From Trypethelium eluteriae (taxonomy: Eukaryota): a stretch of DNA of 48,166 nucleotides. Positions 11,114 through 23,845 of this stretch are shown one piece after another. The notes beneath the pieces are model-generated. The model worked only from the letters and a program-made list of their open reading frames with translations, was not told where the DNA came from and did not search any database. Location: contig JAVECL010000125.1 of the NCBI GenBank assembly GCA_051942245.1, forward strand, positions 1 to 48,166. Reading direction: 5' to 3'. The position numbers and the translations under genes were made by a program. Every line of letters starts with the position of its first letter. The stretch's first letter is position 1.

Positions 11114-12873
11114 GATGATCAGGAGAAAGATTATTGAGCTATCCGTGAAACAGGCTGATGAAGAGTACTATTGCAAAGGTGGGACGATTGACAGAAACCA
11201 AAAGTAAAAGACCACTCGGGTGCAAGAAATACTGTCGTAGGGAACCTGAAGAGAAGCACTCTTCTGCTTTCTAGACCGGGCGGACCCACCGACATCTCTT
11301 ATAGAAGTCTAGCGAATCGCTGCTCGAGTATGCTTGTTGTACTCAAGCATTCACCTCTGACCAGCCTGCAGTTGACTTCCTGAATCGAGCCGTTCAAAGT
11401 CGCCAATCGTCGCACAATAAGATCAGTGAGCAGACACAGGAGGGGAAAACTGATTATGGCTCATGCTGGCGATCAATCCCGTGGAAGGGACCTGCGATGT
11501 GAGCAGTCAGTAGTACAAGACGGCATTTGGAAGGGCCTGCCGACGAGTTGGAGGCAAGTTCGAGTAGCATGCATTACCTGGTGCATCATGTTGACATCAT
11601 GAATCCTATTGTAGAGTCGGAAACTAGGGCAGGTGGAGTCGTTCGGTGGTTTCCTTTGTAGTTCCTTGCATCGGATAAACCCCCTTACATAAGGGTGTGA
11701 TATCGCGCAAGCTGAAAGATACATATCAAACGAGTTTGCACGTAGGCACCGATGATAGCCCGCATTTGATGATCGATTTTCCAAGAGCCTATGAAATGTT
11801 CAGCTACATAACATAACGTAAGTGCTGCGACAGCAAAGCCTGCACGTTGCAGCACGGAGTCTAAGATTAAGGAATTTTGAAGGCAGCGTGCCAGGCACAG
11901 CTATGCAGTGTGAGCGCGCGAGCCTGGATGGCAGGCAGACCTAATGCACCTTACTCTAGACACATTGCCACCTAACGTCTTCGCAGTACCACGAGCCAAG
12001 GCTAAGGTGAATGACGAGTCCAGAGACCATACTGCATTTGTCTGTGTTTGGATGTAGTTTTGCTCACCACACTGGTGCGAATGTACGTAGTTGACAAGAA
12101 GCTTGCCATTCTTCAGTAGCAAGAAGGTAGTGGAAAGTATTGTTGGATGAATGTCGTTCAGAGGTGAGGATCAAGGTTATTGGTGGCGTCAGGCCTCTAT
12201 CGCGCGGTTCTTCGTCAATCGGTAGCGCCAATTAAAGCAGAGTAGACGCCCGCGTCTTGTCCAATGCAGGTCGGCCTGTCATTGTGATGGAGACTCATCT
12301 TACACAAAATCAGGCCGATAGTATTGTCTTGACCCAGGACCCTGGCTCGTGCAAGGCATCGGCTCGCGTAGTACTACCTGAACTTTCTGTGACACGAACC
12401 TTCAAACATCGGATCGCGCGGCTCATGCAAGGACTGGGTAACTCGATACTCAAGCCTACCGTAGGTACCTAATGTTCGAAAAGGGTCAACGAACGTTTCC
12501 GATGATGTTATTGTGGCAGTAAGATACACCAAGGAGAACGATATGAACATGAATTGAAAGTAAAGCAAGATATGCATAATAGCGAAGTGAGTCTGAATAC
12601 CGAGCTCAGGCGCCATTGATTATCAACCAAAACTCATGTTGTTCCCCACGCATACCCTCCACCACCGTCATGTATTAGTTTGAGCCTGGGATCGACTCGA
12701 ATTTTTGGGAATTTCCTCAGAAGCCCATGATTGCAAGTACAATACACACCAGTGCCATGCAGTATCTAAAGGAAGGTATCGCTCAACAGCTTGACAGAAT
12801 CATATCAGATTAGGTCTATGCAACTTCAAGGGAGGGAATCAAGAAACAGAAACGCCAGTATTAAAACGACCCC

Positions 12874-14221
12874 TCAAAATAGACCGATCATTGCTGCAAG
12901 CACACCAGTGAGACCATAGACAGCACCGGAGCTGATATCGAGCGCAGTCGCAGCACCCGTAGCAGAGGAGCTTGATCCAGCAGACGGAGAAGTGCCAGCA
13001 CCGCCAGGGTTGGTCTGGCTACCAGCGCACGTGAATTTGCCCTTGATGGCTGAGTTCTGGCCGGCTTGATTCTTGAAGGTGCTGCAGTCATCGTCGATAT
13101 CTTTGGTCGATTGGAGATTGAAGGCGCCTTCAACATCGCTGAGAGATGGGAGGGTAACGCTTGGAAATGTTAATCAACTGCAAAGGCAGGGTTTGGAGGA
13201 CATATATATGCTTACTTGGTAAAGTTACCGTTTACATCAACAGCGCCTTTGATAGTCTTAAGATTCGGAAAACCATTCATGTTCATGTATTCCGGGTTAT
13301 GGGCAAAAGTGAAGCCGCCTCCGATCTGGATGAGCTGAGGCATGGAGACATTGGTGAGCTTCTCATTGTTATTAAGGGTGAGCGACTGGTTAATGTAGGT
13401 GATGTTGGGGGCCGAGACGGTCGGCATCTCGCTCCCTTGGATGATAAGCGAGCCATTGGTGGACTGTAGGGCTGGGAAGTCAATGGAAGAGACGTTGATG
13501 AACGTCAGGTTGAAAGCGTTTTCAAGATTCGGGAGGGACACGTTCAAGTTATTGCCATTTCCCAACAAGGTGAGGGAGGTGTTGATGTGGCGCAACTGAA
13601 TGCCGATATCGTTCAAGTATCGGTTCTCTTGGATAGAGATGGTGTTGACACTCATCAAGTTGATGCCGTCCAAGCTACCGAGTTGGGTATCGGAGATCTG
13701 TACGTCGGTGGCCAACTCGAGACCAGGATCGCCGAAATTCAATCCTTGAAGAGCGGGCAGTGTTATCCATTTCAATTGACCGACCGAGCCGAGCTTAGGG
13801 AAGTTTAGGGTAGCCAAGATAGTCAATTGTTCCAAGTCGAATGATTGTGTAATCGACGTGAGACTGTTTGCAGTGATCTGAGTGATCTGGGTAACGTTGA
13901 CGGCGGTGAAGCTGCCATCAATTGATCCAAGGTCTCCGAAATCGAGGTTGTCACTTGTCCCGGTAGCAATGACAATGTCACCTGAATATGTTGGGCAACC
14001 AGACAGCTGCGATGCGTCACCGGCATTCTGGATAGTAGTTGTGGGAGAGGCACATTGTTGCGCTGAGACAACCGTTAGCAAATTGTCAATGGCTAATGTG
14101 AGCTGTTGATTCAAACGAGTGCTCCTCGCTCACGGACAGTGTCTGCAAAGAAAATCAATAGCTTACCTAGGGCGGAACCAGCGATGGCCAGAACCGGAAG
14201 TGCGTATTTCATTATCGACAT
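12874..14221 (-). CDS. ecm33: GPI-anchored cell-wall protein Ecm33 (receptor L-domain-like repeats), 3 coding exons
   Basis: Signal MSIMKYALPVLAIAGSALA; C...TTTIQNAGDASQLSGCPTYSGDIVI; repeated LxFPxL motifs; LKWITLPALQGLNF; GAFNLQST...C...GKFTC; GPI tail AATALDISSGAVYGLTGVLAAMIGLF*. Introns 14063-14166 and 13160-13215 (AAG acceptor). Confidence 0.93.
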
Positions 14222-14241
14222 GATTTTTGGAGAAGGAGAAG

Positions 14242-14351
14242 CTATCAGAGCAAGCCAAGTCAGTGTCGTGTAAACAAACGGATCATTCTGGCACGAATGG
14301 CCATGCAGCAATTGTCATCCGAGATAGGCTCAAAAGAGGTAAGTAACTCAC
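14242..14351 (-). other. Predicted 5'UTR intron of ecm33
   Basis: On the minus strand: CAA|GTGAGT donor at 14351, CTGAC branch site, TAG acceptor at 14244-14242, 20 nt before the ATG. Confidence 0.65.
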
Positions 14352-14683
14352 TTGAATTAGTGTAAGACTGCTGATGGGATCACGCGTCGAAGGCGCTGAT
14401 GATGATGGATACAGAGCAAGGTGGTGGTCTCTTGGAGACAGAGAGCAACCAGTGAAGCGAACGTACAGAAGCGAAAGTGAGAATAAGAGCAGGCCTAAGA
14501 TTGACGCGTAGCTGCGGCTGCGTATGGCAGAAAGGGTGAGGCAGTTACGAGGCACGAAGAAACGAAGTTGTTCCTGCGGTGCGGTGGTTGCTGAGGAAAA
14601 AGAGAAGGTGAGGGTTGGGAAGAGGAGAAAAAGGGAGGCGTGCAATCCAAGGGAGTGGGTCCGAGCTCTTGGAGCGGGCCTAG

Positions 14684-14805
14684 CTTGGCTTGTTTTCGAC
14701 TGGTGTCGGCGGGCTTGGCTTGGTTTGTGTGCGGCAGGGATCGAGTGTGCTTGCAAGCTTGCAAGCTCCAGGTTTGCTCCCCTTGGCTATCGCGGTCGGG
14801 CCAAG
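14684..14805. promoter_or_regulatory. Cluster of four PacC/Rim101 consensus sites (GCCARG) around an 18-bp perfect palindrome, upstream of ecm33
   Basis: CTTGGC at 14684, 14714 and 14782; GCCAAG at 14800; palindrome GCTTGCAAGCTTGCAAGC at 14749-14766. It lies just upstream of the pyrimidine tract (minus strand, about 14590-14640) that probably marks the transcription start. Confidence 0.5.
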
Positions 14806-16949
14806 TCTACGGTCCCTAGTCAGGGCTAGCGCAGCATCGCGGGATTCCCTTCAAGCCTGGAGATTATTGGCAACGAGATGGAGCAATCACCAACGTCTCC
14901 TCTCTGTTGCCGCGCGGCCGTGCGATGACTATCATCTATCAAGTCTATCAATCATCACCATCTCCATCCATTGGCTCCCCGCCCTGCACAATTCCCGCCA
15001 TTTGTTTCTGTGTAGTTCTCCAACCCCATCTTTCCCCACCTCTCCATAAACATCCGTCTATGTACGGAGTACAGATCTCGCTATCATAGACTGCTCCTGC
15101 GTCGCAAAAGGGCTCTTTCCTGCATGGGCGGGCACGAATATCCGCCGAGATACTGAACCGCTTGATATGCAGTCGCCCGGTTAGGGAACGCCGTCTCCCA
15201 TGCGTCGGCGATAGATTGTGACACGCTAGCTTTCTACTCGGAATTTTCACCCCACCCGTAGCTCCTTACTGGATGACAATCATCATTTATGACCACCTCG
15301 TTTCGAAGTATCCAATTCGCAGAGGCAGACCGCTCAATCAGACCTGATCTTAGCGATTGTTCGAGATAAATACATGGCATCTTGAAACACGTTGCAAAGC
15401 ATGTGAGCGTCGGTTAATTCACGAGCTTGAAAAAACCCCTGTACCGCTAATCTCGGATATGTTGCCCTGGTGCCTTGTTGTTGACGCTTGCAAAATCCTG
15501 AGAAGCTTCGGATAGACCGGGCCAACAAGATCCAATGTCAGATTTGCATGTCATTCTTCACTGAATTTACGATCACTACGATTTTCATTGTCGTCGCCAT
15601 GATGCGGTTTTATGACGGTATCTATTCGCAATGCGCAAGGTCATGCGATAAAAGGAGTTGTGGATGAACATTTCATAACGAAGATTCCATGCTTTTGAAC
15701 GTCGCTGCACTAAGGAATACACTAGTGACTCTCGTTGCGGATGGCCGAATTTCGCAATAGGCCACAGACCGCACTTTCAATCTGCACAGGCCTAACGTTT
15801 GCTGCATTGGGTTTGCAGTATGTAATATTGTATCATCACTGCTCAGAGGTTGTGAGGACGAAGGGATAAAGCAGCATGGTCAAATCTGAGTCCGGAATTA
15901 TGGAGAAAGATAGGGAGAGTTGCGGTGCTTGCTTCTTTGTTTTGAAACTTCAACGGGTGGCTCCGAAACGGCCTGCGCTAAATTCTTAGCCATCGTTGAT
16001 CATGATGAGGCTCCGTGGCTTTGGTGATAATTTCTTGGCATTCGAACAGGATTTCGCGCAAGGCTCAGGTGGCTCACTAGATCAACTATGTACCCCTAAA
16101 TTTTAAGTGGGTATTCCTATGTACGTCACTTTATCACCGTTATCGTCTCCTTTTCCCTCGCTTGAGCCACTTTAGTTGAATGCAAAGGATGATCTTCGTT
16201 ATCGTCTATTTCTCCTTTTCATCTCGTGTCTCGTTAAGGTTCTGCTATTTAATTGATGGCCATCGTCATCTCCGCACCTGGCCAAGCTCCACAAAACATT
16301 GGTCTTAGCTTCCCGTGCTAGACGCCTTCATCTTATAACGGACCAGGAGAGCTGCAGCCTATGGAATCTCCAGTTCAATAACGGAACGTATGAAAATTAG
16401 ACCCGGAAGCTTAGTTCAACAAGATGTAGCCCCACATCTACCTCCGCCTACACTATGTATCTCGCTCACGCGTTAAACGCGAAATATGGTATATGATATA
16501 GAACTACGCGACACCTGGCTCGGATATCGAAAACCTGACAATTGTGTCACTGACGCATCTGCGTTCGCCATGGACTATCCAGGAAAATTCTACGATCTTT
16601 TTCGTGAAGTCCAGTGCCTTCTAGTCTTACAATGGAACCTTTGCATATCGCGACCCACATACACTTTTGATCGGAACCGATTTTTGAAGAATTCCACTGC
16701 ATCAGCCGTCAATCCGGATGACCAGCTCAGCTTTCGTAAAGCCATGCTCCCCCGTGTGTTCATGTACCACAAGATTTGAATGGAGCCCAAACTTAATTTT
16801 GCTCCACCTGTGTCTCTTGAAGAATTGTAGGTTAGTAGTAGTGAAAGTTCAGTCTCGGAAAACATGCTGCTTCACAGCCTCTTTTTGGAAATAGTCACTG
16901 CAATTCGACGTGTCCTTCGTCCCTCCACTGGTACCAGACCTTTTCAGCT

Positions 16950-18481
16950 TCAAGCATTTTCTATCGCGTCTGTGTTGACGCTCTCTATCCGCCACATGTA
17001 CCACATAAACAAGCTCCTACAAATATTAGATGACTCCACAAGAACAGAACACAATAGCTTACCTATAGGGTGCAAACTTAGCCGAATGCTCTAACATCTC
17101 CTTTTCACTCAAATACTTCCACTTCCCGCCTCCCTTCGCCTTCAATTTGCCCACGTCTCGACCCAAATACGCCGCCATCCCTCGCCTGTCGATACTCAAC
17201 ATCAGCGTCATGCTTTCAACGAAGGTGTAGAACCAGAAAGAGCAGGATAGTCACCACTTACTGCACCCCTAGGTCTCCCGTTGAAAATACATCCATTCTC
17301 TTTAATCCAAAACACATGAACATTTCCACGCTCCACTGGCCTAACCCTCGCACCGCTGTCAGCTTCTCCAGCACTTCCTCGTCCGAGGCCCGGACCAACA
17401 TCTGCGCGCTGAGCTCGCCACTCTCGAACCTCTGGGCGAGCCCTTGGATGTATTCTGCCTTGCGTTGAGAAAGGCCCGCCGTCCGCAGGAAAGGGATATC
17501 AGCGGCGCCGACGGCTGCTGGACTAGGAAACGTCGGAGAGGCAAAATGATGGGGCGACGTATCGCCCCCGGCCGTAGGAGGAGGCGGGTTGAATAGCGCG
17601 ATGAATTTATTTTTAATGGACCTGGCGGCTGCGCCAGAAACCTGTCATTACAGAGGCTCTACGTCAACACCGTCTCACTACGATAGCGCTAATGCCTGAA
17701 CGCTGCCAGAGTATCTTCTTCTGCGTACCATCCCGTCCTGAAATAAGACGAAAGAGAAAGCGTAGGAGGAATGGAAAGAAAGAAAGAAACGAACCTGTTG
17801 TGCCATAATTCCACTGGCCAAGCTCCGGAACGGATCCACCTCCTCCGCCAGCCCCTCCGGTGCAAAAATCCTGCACTGATACTTCTCCACCACCCGGCGC
17901 AGTCGTGGATCAGCCTTTAATAGGTGGGCGCACGCTTCCTGCAGCAGCGTCGCCGTCGTCCCCGTCGGCGCCGGCAGCCCCTCCAACCCCGCCTGCTGCG
18001 AGCTGGTCAGCTCGGCGCTGGATGGATCGGTGGGATACGCGAGCACGTGCGAGCCCCCTGGGGTCGCGAGCGGCGCGTTCGTGAGGTGCGGCTCGACGGG
18101 ACGGGGTGAGAGGGGTGGAGGCGTGACGTCGTCGATGTCACCGGTGGAGTAGGAGGCGCGGACTGGGGTGGTGGAGGTCATGAGGTGGACTGCAGATGGG
18201 GTCGGGGTGAAATGCGGAGGCTGAGCAGGGGAGGCGGATGAAGGCTCTTGGATTTTGCGTCGTTTGCGTGGGGTTCGAGGCGCTTCTGTCGGGTTCGATT
18301 CTGTAGTGGTGGTTTGCGTGGTGGACGGCGGGGGCATGGCATCTTGATCTGATTTGCTCTTCTTGCCTTTGCTTGGCTGCTTGATGACCTTTTTGGTCTT
18401 GACAGTGATAGATTCGGTCCCATTGACTCCATTAGTTGTAGAAGAATGAGACTGAACTCGAGCGGAACGCCTGAGCGACAT
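16950..18481 (-). CDS. mag1: DNA-3-methyladenine glycosylase (HhH-GPD family), 4 exons
   Basis: DPFRSLASGIMAQQ|VSGAAARSIKNKF, LRTAGLSQRKAEYI, HhH motif LTAVRGLGQWSVEMF, MDVFSTGDLGVQ|RGMA, FAPYR|SLFMWYMWR; long disordered N-terminus from ATG 18481. Introns approx 17642-17794, 17186-17261 and 17017-17065. Confidence 0.92.
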
Positions 18482-19271
18482 TTTGGAATTCTGATATTGC
18501 TCCTGAAGAAACACCTGTATGCTGCAGCCACTGTAGTGGCTGGGATTGGTAACTTGAATCGTCGATACAAGGCCTTTGAGACTTGGTCGACTGAGGCTAC
18601 TGTGTATAACCTTACTGCAAACTCTGACCATGTAATTACGAAAGCCAAAACTGACTTGAAAGATGCGAACATATAAAGGTGGTAGAATCAGCAAATCAAA
18701 GGAAGTACGGGGCCGTCACGCAACGAGATAGCCGTCTCGTAAATCAACTCCATCTGTGTGGCGCAGTAGCAAGGTAACTATTCTCTATGACAACAGGTTA
18801 CCTCCAGACCTTGGGTGATAAAATGTTATGGATTGAGGTTATTGTTGACTTGAAAATGAGTCACGCGGCAAGAGTCGCGTCATTGCCTTGGGATCTGACA
18901 CATTTGTCATGCGAAATCACGGGTAATTAATTACGGCGAGACATTAGCTCTACTTGCTAACCTACCTCTATCAATTCTCCCAAAGGAAGTTGAAGTTCTC
19001 CGTGATATCCTAATAGTAAGGTACCCAATTCAGGTGGGCAGTACTACTTGATTTATGCGGCATTGTAATTTCTGTAAAATAGCTGTGTTCACGATCACAG
19101 CACTATCAAATAGTCTTCGAGAGAATTGATGTAAATCTAGCGACTGCAGAAAATATGACCTTTTTTTGCATGCGACTTGAAGCACTTCATATATTTACAG
19201 GTCATGTTGTACATTTGCAACGACTAGAATGCTGATCTATATATTTATTGCCTATTGTTCTTCGGCAATTC

Positions 19272-19847
19272 TCATTTCTTATTTGGAACCATAGCATCCA
19301 ATTCTTGTCTTTCCTTGTTCTCACGCTCGATGTCCTCAATGAGTTGTGACAGATATGGACGGTCCTGAAATCACGGCAAATTAGCAAATATGATACATAA
19401 GAATTAAGGATGATAGAGAATCGTACCTGTGCGGTCGTTGTCCACTCTTCCTTCGGAAGGATCGTATGTTGCAAGGACAACTGCATTGTGTCAAATCAAA
19501 ATACTCAGCACACTTAGAATGGAGATATATCTACCTGGAATGCCCGTCGCAATCGGAAGACACGGTCGTAAGCTTCTTTGGGTGGGAGTCTTTTGAGGGC
19601 TTTCTGTACGGTGTCGCTCTCCTCAGGAATCAGGTCGTCCGATCTGTCAGTTAACCATTAGCGCCAAATTTCATTGACATCCGGACGTTACAATCTAGAA
19701 GGCTAGGCAAAGGAAACATCTGACTACTTACAACAGCCCGACCTGTCGGTAACCGCATGAGTTGACGTACCAGTCGGCTATAGGTTGCACCCATCGTCTT
19801 AGCCAAGGCCGAGCCCGGATGAAAGGGGCGAGAGATGGCTTCGACAT
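19272..19847 (-). CDS. qcr7: Ubiquinol-cytochrome c reductase 14-kDa subunit 7, 4 exons
   Basis: Spliced translation [123 protein letters not shown]. The ORF track misses it because of introns. Confidence 0.95.
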
Positions 19848-20396
19848 GCTGAAGCGCACACTCCAATATCGAAATGAATGTCAAGAATTGAGCTGGTTAT
19901 GCAATTAAGCCAGCTTCCGGAGTCTCAATAAGAGTTTCGTCGAGACCTCCGGACCGAGAAGCTAGATCGGTCACGTGCTTAGCTAGAGCTCGGAGGTCTG
20001 AGGTCAGATTTGACAAAGCGGACCTTGTCATCTCACCGATAACCCCACGAGCTTCCATCCGCAACACTCGTATTCTCTTCTTCCACCCTCCTTAACCAGG
20101 TACCACTGCCCTCCATCCCTGACTTATTGCCTGTCATCACCGACCCATTTGTGAGCTCGTTCTTCTTGCCGTGCATTTCTACAGCCTACTGCAGCCTCAT
20201 GGCGTTCGTCAATCGCTAGTATCGTGTCACGCGAAGTGCTGCGGGGCTAGTTCTCCGCACACTTTCCAAGCTTTCGAAGGTACCGTAATCACGGTCCAGA
20301 GAAATCCTCCCATCCCCCTTGTGATCCTACTCCAGGGTCCGAAGCTCGATGTCCGCGCTGAGAGGTGTTTGAATCAAGAGGTTGTCACATTCAGCA

Positions 20397-21670
20397 ATGT
20401 CAATTGAAGGCACGTCAGCGCGGACTCCAAACACTACTGCGCAATATGCCGCCTCATCAGCGAATATGCCTACGAAAAAGGCGCCGGAAGATCATGTTGG
20501 CATTAGGAAACCGCTCTCGAGCTTAGCTGTCCATACTGCACATTTACCGAGCAGCTCCATCAACAGTTTCTGTGGGGCAATGGCTGGGGTTGCCTCTGGA
20601 ATCGTCACTTGTCCTCTGGACGTTATAAAAACGAAATTGCAGGCACAAAGCGGTTTCCGTCCTTATAATGGCACCCATCCGCCTGCCACAAGCAAAATAT
20701 ATTCGGGTATGATTGGGACTGCTCGGACGATATGGACTCAAGATGGGTTGCGTGGAATGTACAGAGGGCTTGGGCCTATGCTGCTGGGTTATCTGCCAAC
20801 CTGGGCTGTCTACATGACCGTTTACGAAGGCTCCAGGGACTTCTATTACAGCAAGATTGGTGAGGAGGCCTGACTGAACTGTAAAAGAGCCAGAAACGCT
20901 AACAGGTGAGAATAGACAACAAGTGGATCGCTCGAGTCTACGCTTCTGTCACTGCTGGAGCTTGTTCCACTCTAGTCACCAATCCAATATGGGTCATCAA
21001 GACAAGACTACAAGCCCAGGCAAGTCGACACGCGAGTGACAGCGTTCGATCACCGTGGTACTATAGAAATACTCTCCATGCGGCAAAGACTATGTATAAG
21101 AAGGAGGGTATTCTTGCCTTCTATTCAGGTCTTGCGCCAGCACTTCTTGGTCTTACTCACGTTGCCATTCAATTTCCACTTTACGAATTTCTGAAAACGC
21201 GATTTACCGGTCTCGAGATGGGTGAGAATTCCACCGACGACAAAACCGCCAATTATGTCGGCATAGCTGGTGCTACGTTCCTCAGCAAAATCTGCGCTAC
21301 CTCCGCAACATATCCTCACGAAGTCCTTCGAACTCGTCTCCAAACCCAACAGCGGCAAGTACCGGCTCAATCACCAGATGGCATAAGCCATCGAGGAAGC
21401 ATGGGAGACCCACCGTTTCGCCGTCTAGTTCCTACCTCAAGCGACGGTATGGTCGCTTCACCGCGGTACAAAGGCGTCGTGAACACCTATCGGATCATTC
21501 TTCGAGAAGAAGGCTGGCGCGCTTTTTACAATGGCATGGGCGTCAACATGATCCGCGCAGTACCTGCTGCCATGACTACGATGCTTACATTCGAAACCCT
21601 CAAGAAATTCATGCACCAATTGCAACATGAAGGACAGAATATTCTAGAGGTTGAGGGAGTACACCACTAA
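20397..21670 (+). CDS. ndt1: Mitochondrial carrier, NAD+ transporter (Ndt1/Yia6)-like, 2 exons
   Basis: Three carrier signature repeats (CPLDVIKTKLQ, NPIWVIKTRLQ, YPHEVLRTRLQ) plus GYLPTWAVY and HVAIQFPLYE, typical of the NAD/folate clade. Intron 20860-20915. Confidence 0.85.
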
Positions 21671-22242
21671 CTCACTTGATACCCACATAGTTCTCCTACT
21701 GAGTTCTTCGTCAGTCCAGTGGAGCGTTTCGTTCCGATTTCTTTTCCTCAAGACCTTGCTCACATCTCGTTTCCTTTCCTTCTTGCGAGCCTATAACTTG
21801 GGGGCTGTCTGGACGTTATGCTGGGATTTGCGGCGTTTAAGGAGCCCTGACTTGGCGGAGCAAACGGTAACCTAGGAACTCCAATCGTGTTGACTTGTAC
21901 CATTGTTGTCGGAGTATTCGGATAGTGTGAGACGGAAGGCCTTGCTCGTCATATCAATGTCCTATTCTACATGTAGAAGGACCCTTCTGGGAAAGCTATG
22001 CTCTGGCATAGTGGTGGCACTTTGCATAGCAGTACATACAACAGGCGCGTTTAAATGCACCTTATTGCCTCCAAGTCTACAAGCAGGGTGACTACAATAA
22101 TAGATCTATCAATGACACTGATCTAAGCTTCTATGTCTATATATGTCTATTGCTTGGGCATCTATTCAATTCTATCTTGAGATCTATAAAAGCCCAAGCC
22201 TGTTCTATCCATCTAAAGCTCTTCTATTACTATTCGTCTTCT

Positions 22243-23845
22243 TCAAAGCTTGGCTTTGTGTTGCTGCTTCTTGGCCATTGCCTCTGCAACCATCCTCCTC
22301 TGCACTTTACCCGTCGCTGTCTTCGGCATGATATCCGTAAAGAAGACCTATTGATGATAGCATTAGCTACGGTTTCGACCAGCCTCGAAAATGCACACGA
22401 CTTACCTTCTTTGGCACCTTAAACCTTGCCACCCGACTCCCCATCCACTCCTTCAGGTCCTCTTCCTCTACTCTCTGACCCTCCTTTGCCACTACCGCAA
22501 CGCCCACATCCTGTCCGTACATCTCATCCTCCATTGCGAACGCCACTGCCTCTGCGACCTTAGGATGCTGCACCAGCACATTATCCAGTTCAACCGGACT
22601 AATCTTCTCGCCCCCCTTATTAATCAACTCCTTAATTCTCCCAGTAATGAAAACGTACCCCTCCTTGTCCTTCTTCCCCTGATCCCCTGTACGGAAAAAG
22701 CCCTCCTTTGTAAACGAGGACGCGTTCGCCGACGGATTATTCAGATATCCACTCGTGACATTCTCGCCCTTTATGCAGATCTCAGCCTCACTCCCCACCG
22801 GCACCTCCTTCCCCTCCGCATCCAGAATCTTGACTTCCACGCCCTGCCCCACGCCCACCGACCCCGGAATCCGCCGCCCCGGCGGCAAAGGATTCGACGT
22901 CATTTGATGCGCAGCTTCGGTCATCGCATAAGCCTCCAGCACCGGCGCGCGGAACGCAGCCTCAAGGTCATGCAGGACCTTCGGCGACAGCGGCGACGAG
23001 CAGGACCGAATGAAGCGTATATACGGCAGCGGCGTCGGCGCCGGCGACTTCAGCAGGATCTGGTGGATCGTGGGGACCGCGGTGTACCAATTCGCGCCGA
23101 ACTGCGCGAAGTCGGCCCAGAAGTCGCGGGCGGAGAAGCGTGGCGGGACGATGACAGAGCCGCCCGCGGCGAGCGGTGCGAGGAAGCCTGCCAGCAGGCC
23201 GTGCACGTGGAAGAGCGGCATCACGAGGTAGGTCCTGTCCGCGGGGCTCAGCGCGTAGGTGTGCTGGATGTTGGACATGGTGCGCGTGAGGTTCTTGTGC
23301 GTGAGGGGCACGGCTTTGGGACGGCCGGTTGTGCCACTGGTGTGGAGGACGAGGGCGATGTCGTCGGGCTGGGCGCGCTCGATGGGACTGGTGCCGCGTC
23401 CGTGGAGTTTGCCCGGGTCTTTGACGTCGAGGACGACTTCGTGCCCGTTCCAGTAGCATTCTGCGATTGCGGCTTGGTATTTGCGGGCGGCGCGCACGGC
23501 CGCGCTGTCTTCCTTGTATGATCCCCTGGGCACGATCGCGAGAGCGGAGCTCAAGTCATTGATATAGAATTCGAATTCTTCTTGTTTGTATGCCGGGTTG
23601 AGCGGAGCGGCGATCGCGCGTTGCCATGAGGCAGCGAGAAAGGAAACGATGAACTCGTAGGAATTGGGAAGGGCTATGGAGATCGCAGCTCGTGGAGAGA
23701 CGCCGAGCTTTGTAAGCTTCTTCTGGAAGGAGAACACTTCAGCGGCCAGCTGAGAGTAGGTTACTGTGAGGGGATTTGGTTTGCTGGGAATGATGACAGC
23801 TGATGAGGCAGAGTGCTGTTGGAACGAATCGAAAAGGGTGGCCAT
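22243..23845 (-). CDS. pcs60: Peroxisomal acyl-CoA synthetase / oxalate-CoA ligase Pcs60, 2 exons
   Basis: AMP-binding motif LHTSGTTGRPK, MPLFHVHGLL, RFIRSCSSPL, EAYAMTEAAHQMTSNPLPP, FFRTGDQG. Intron 22348-22405. Last exon VFFTDIMPKTATGKVQRRMVAEAMAKKQQHKAKL* ends in the PTS1 signal AKL. Confidence 0.93.

Noticed and set aside
11300..12650. Scattered 70-100 aa ORFs downstream of ecm33
   Set aside because: Their lengths are as expected by chance, with no motifs or convincing splice structure.
22367..22405. Intron retention in pcs60 would drop the PTS1 (ending ...GWSKP*) and might give a cytosolic isoform
   Set aside because: Retention also removes the TATGKVQR segment with the catalytic Lys of adenylate-forming enzymes, so the product would probably be inactive rather than relocalised.
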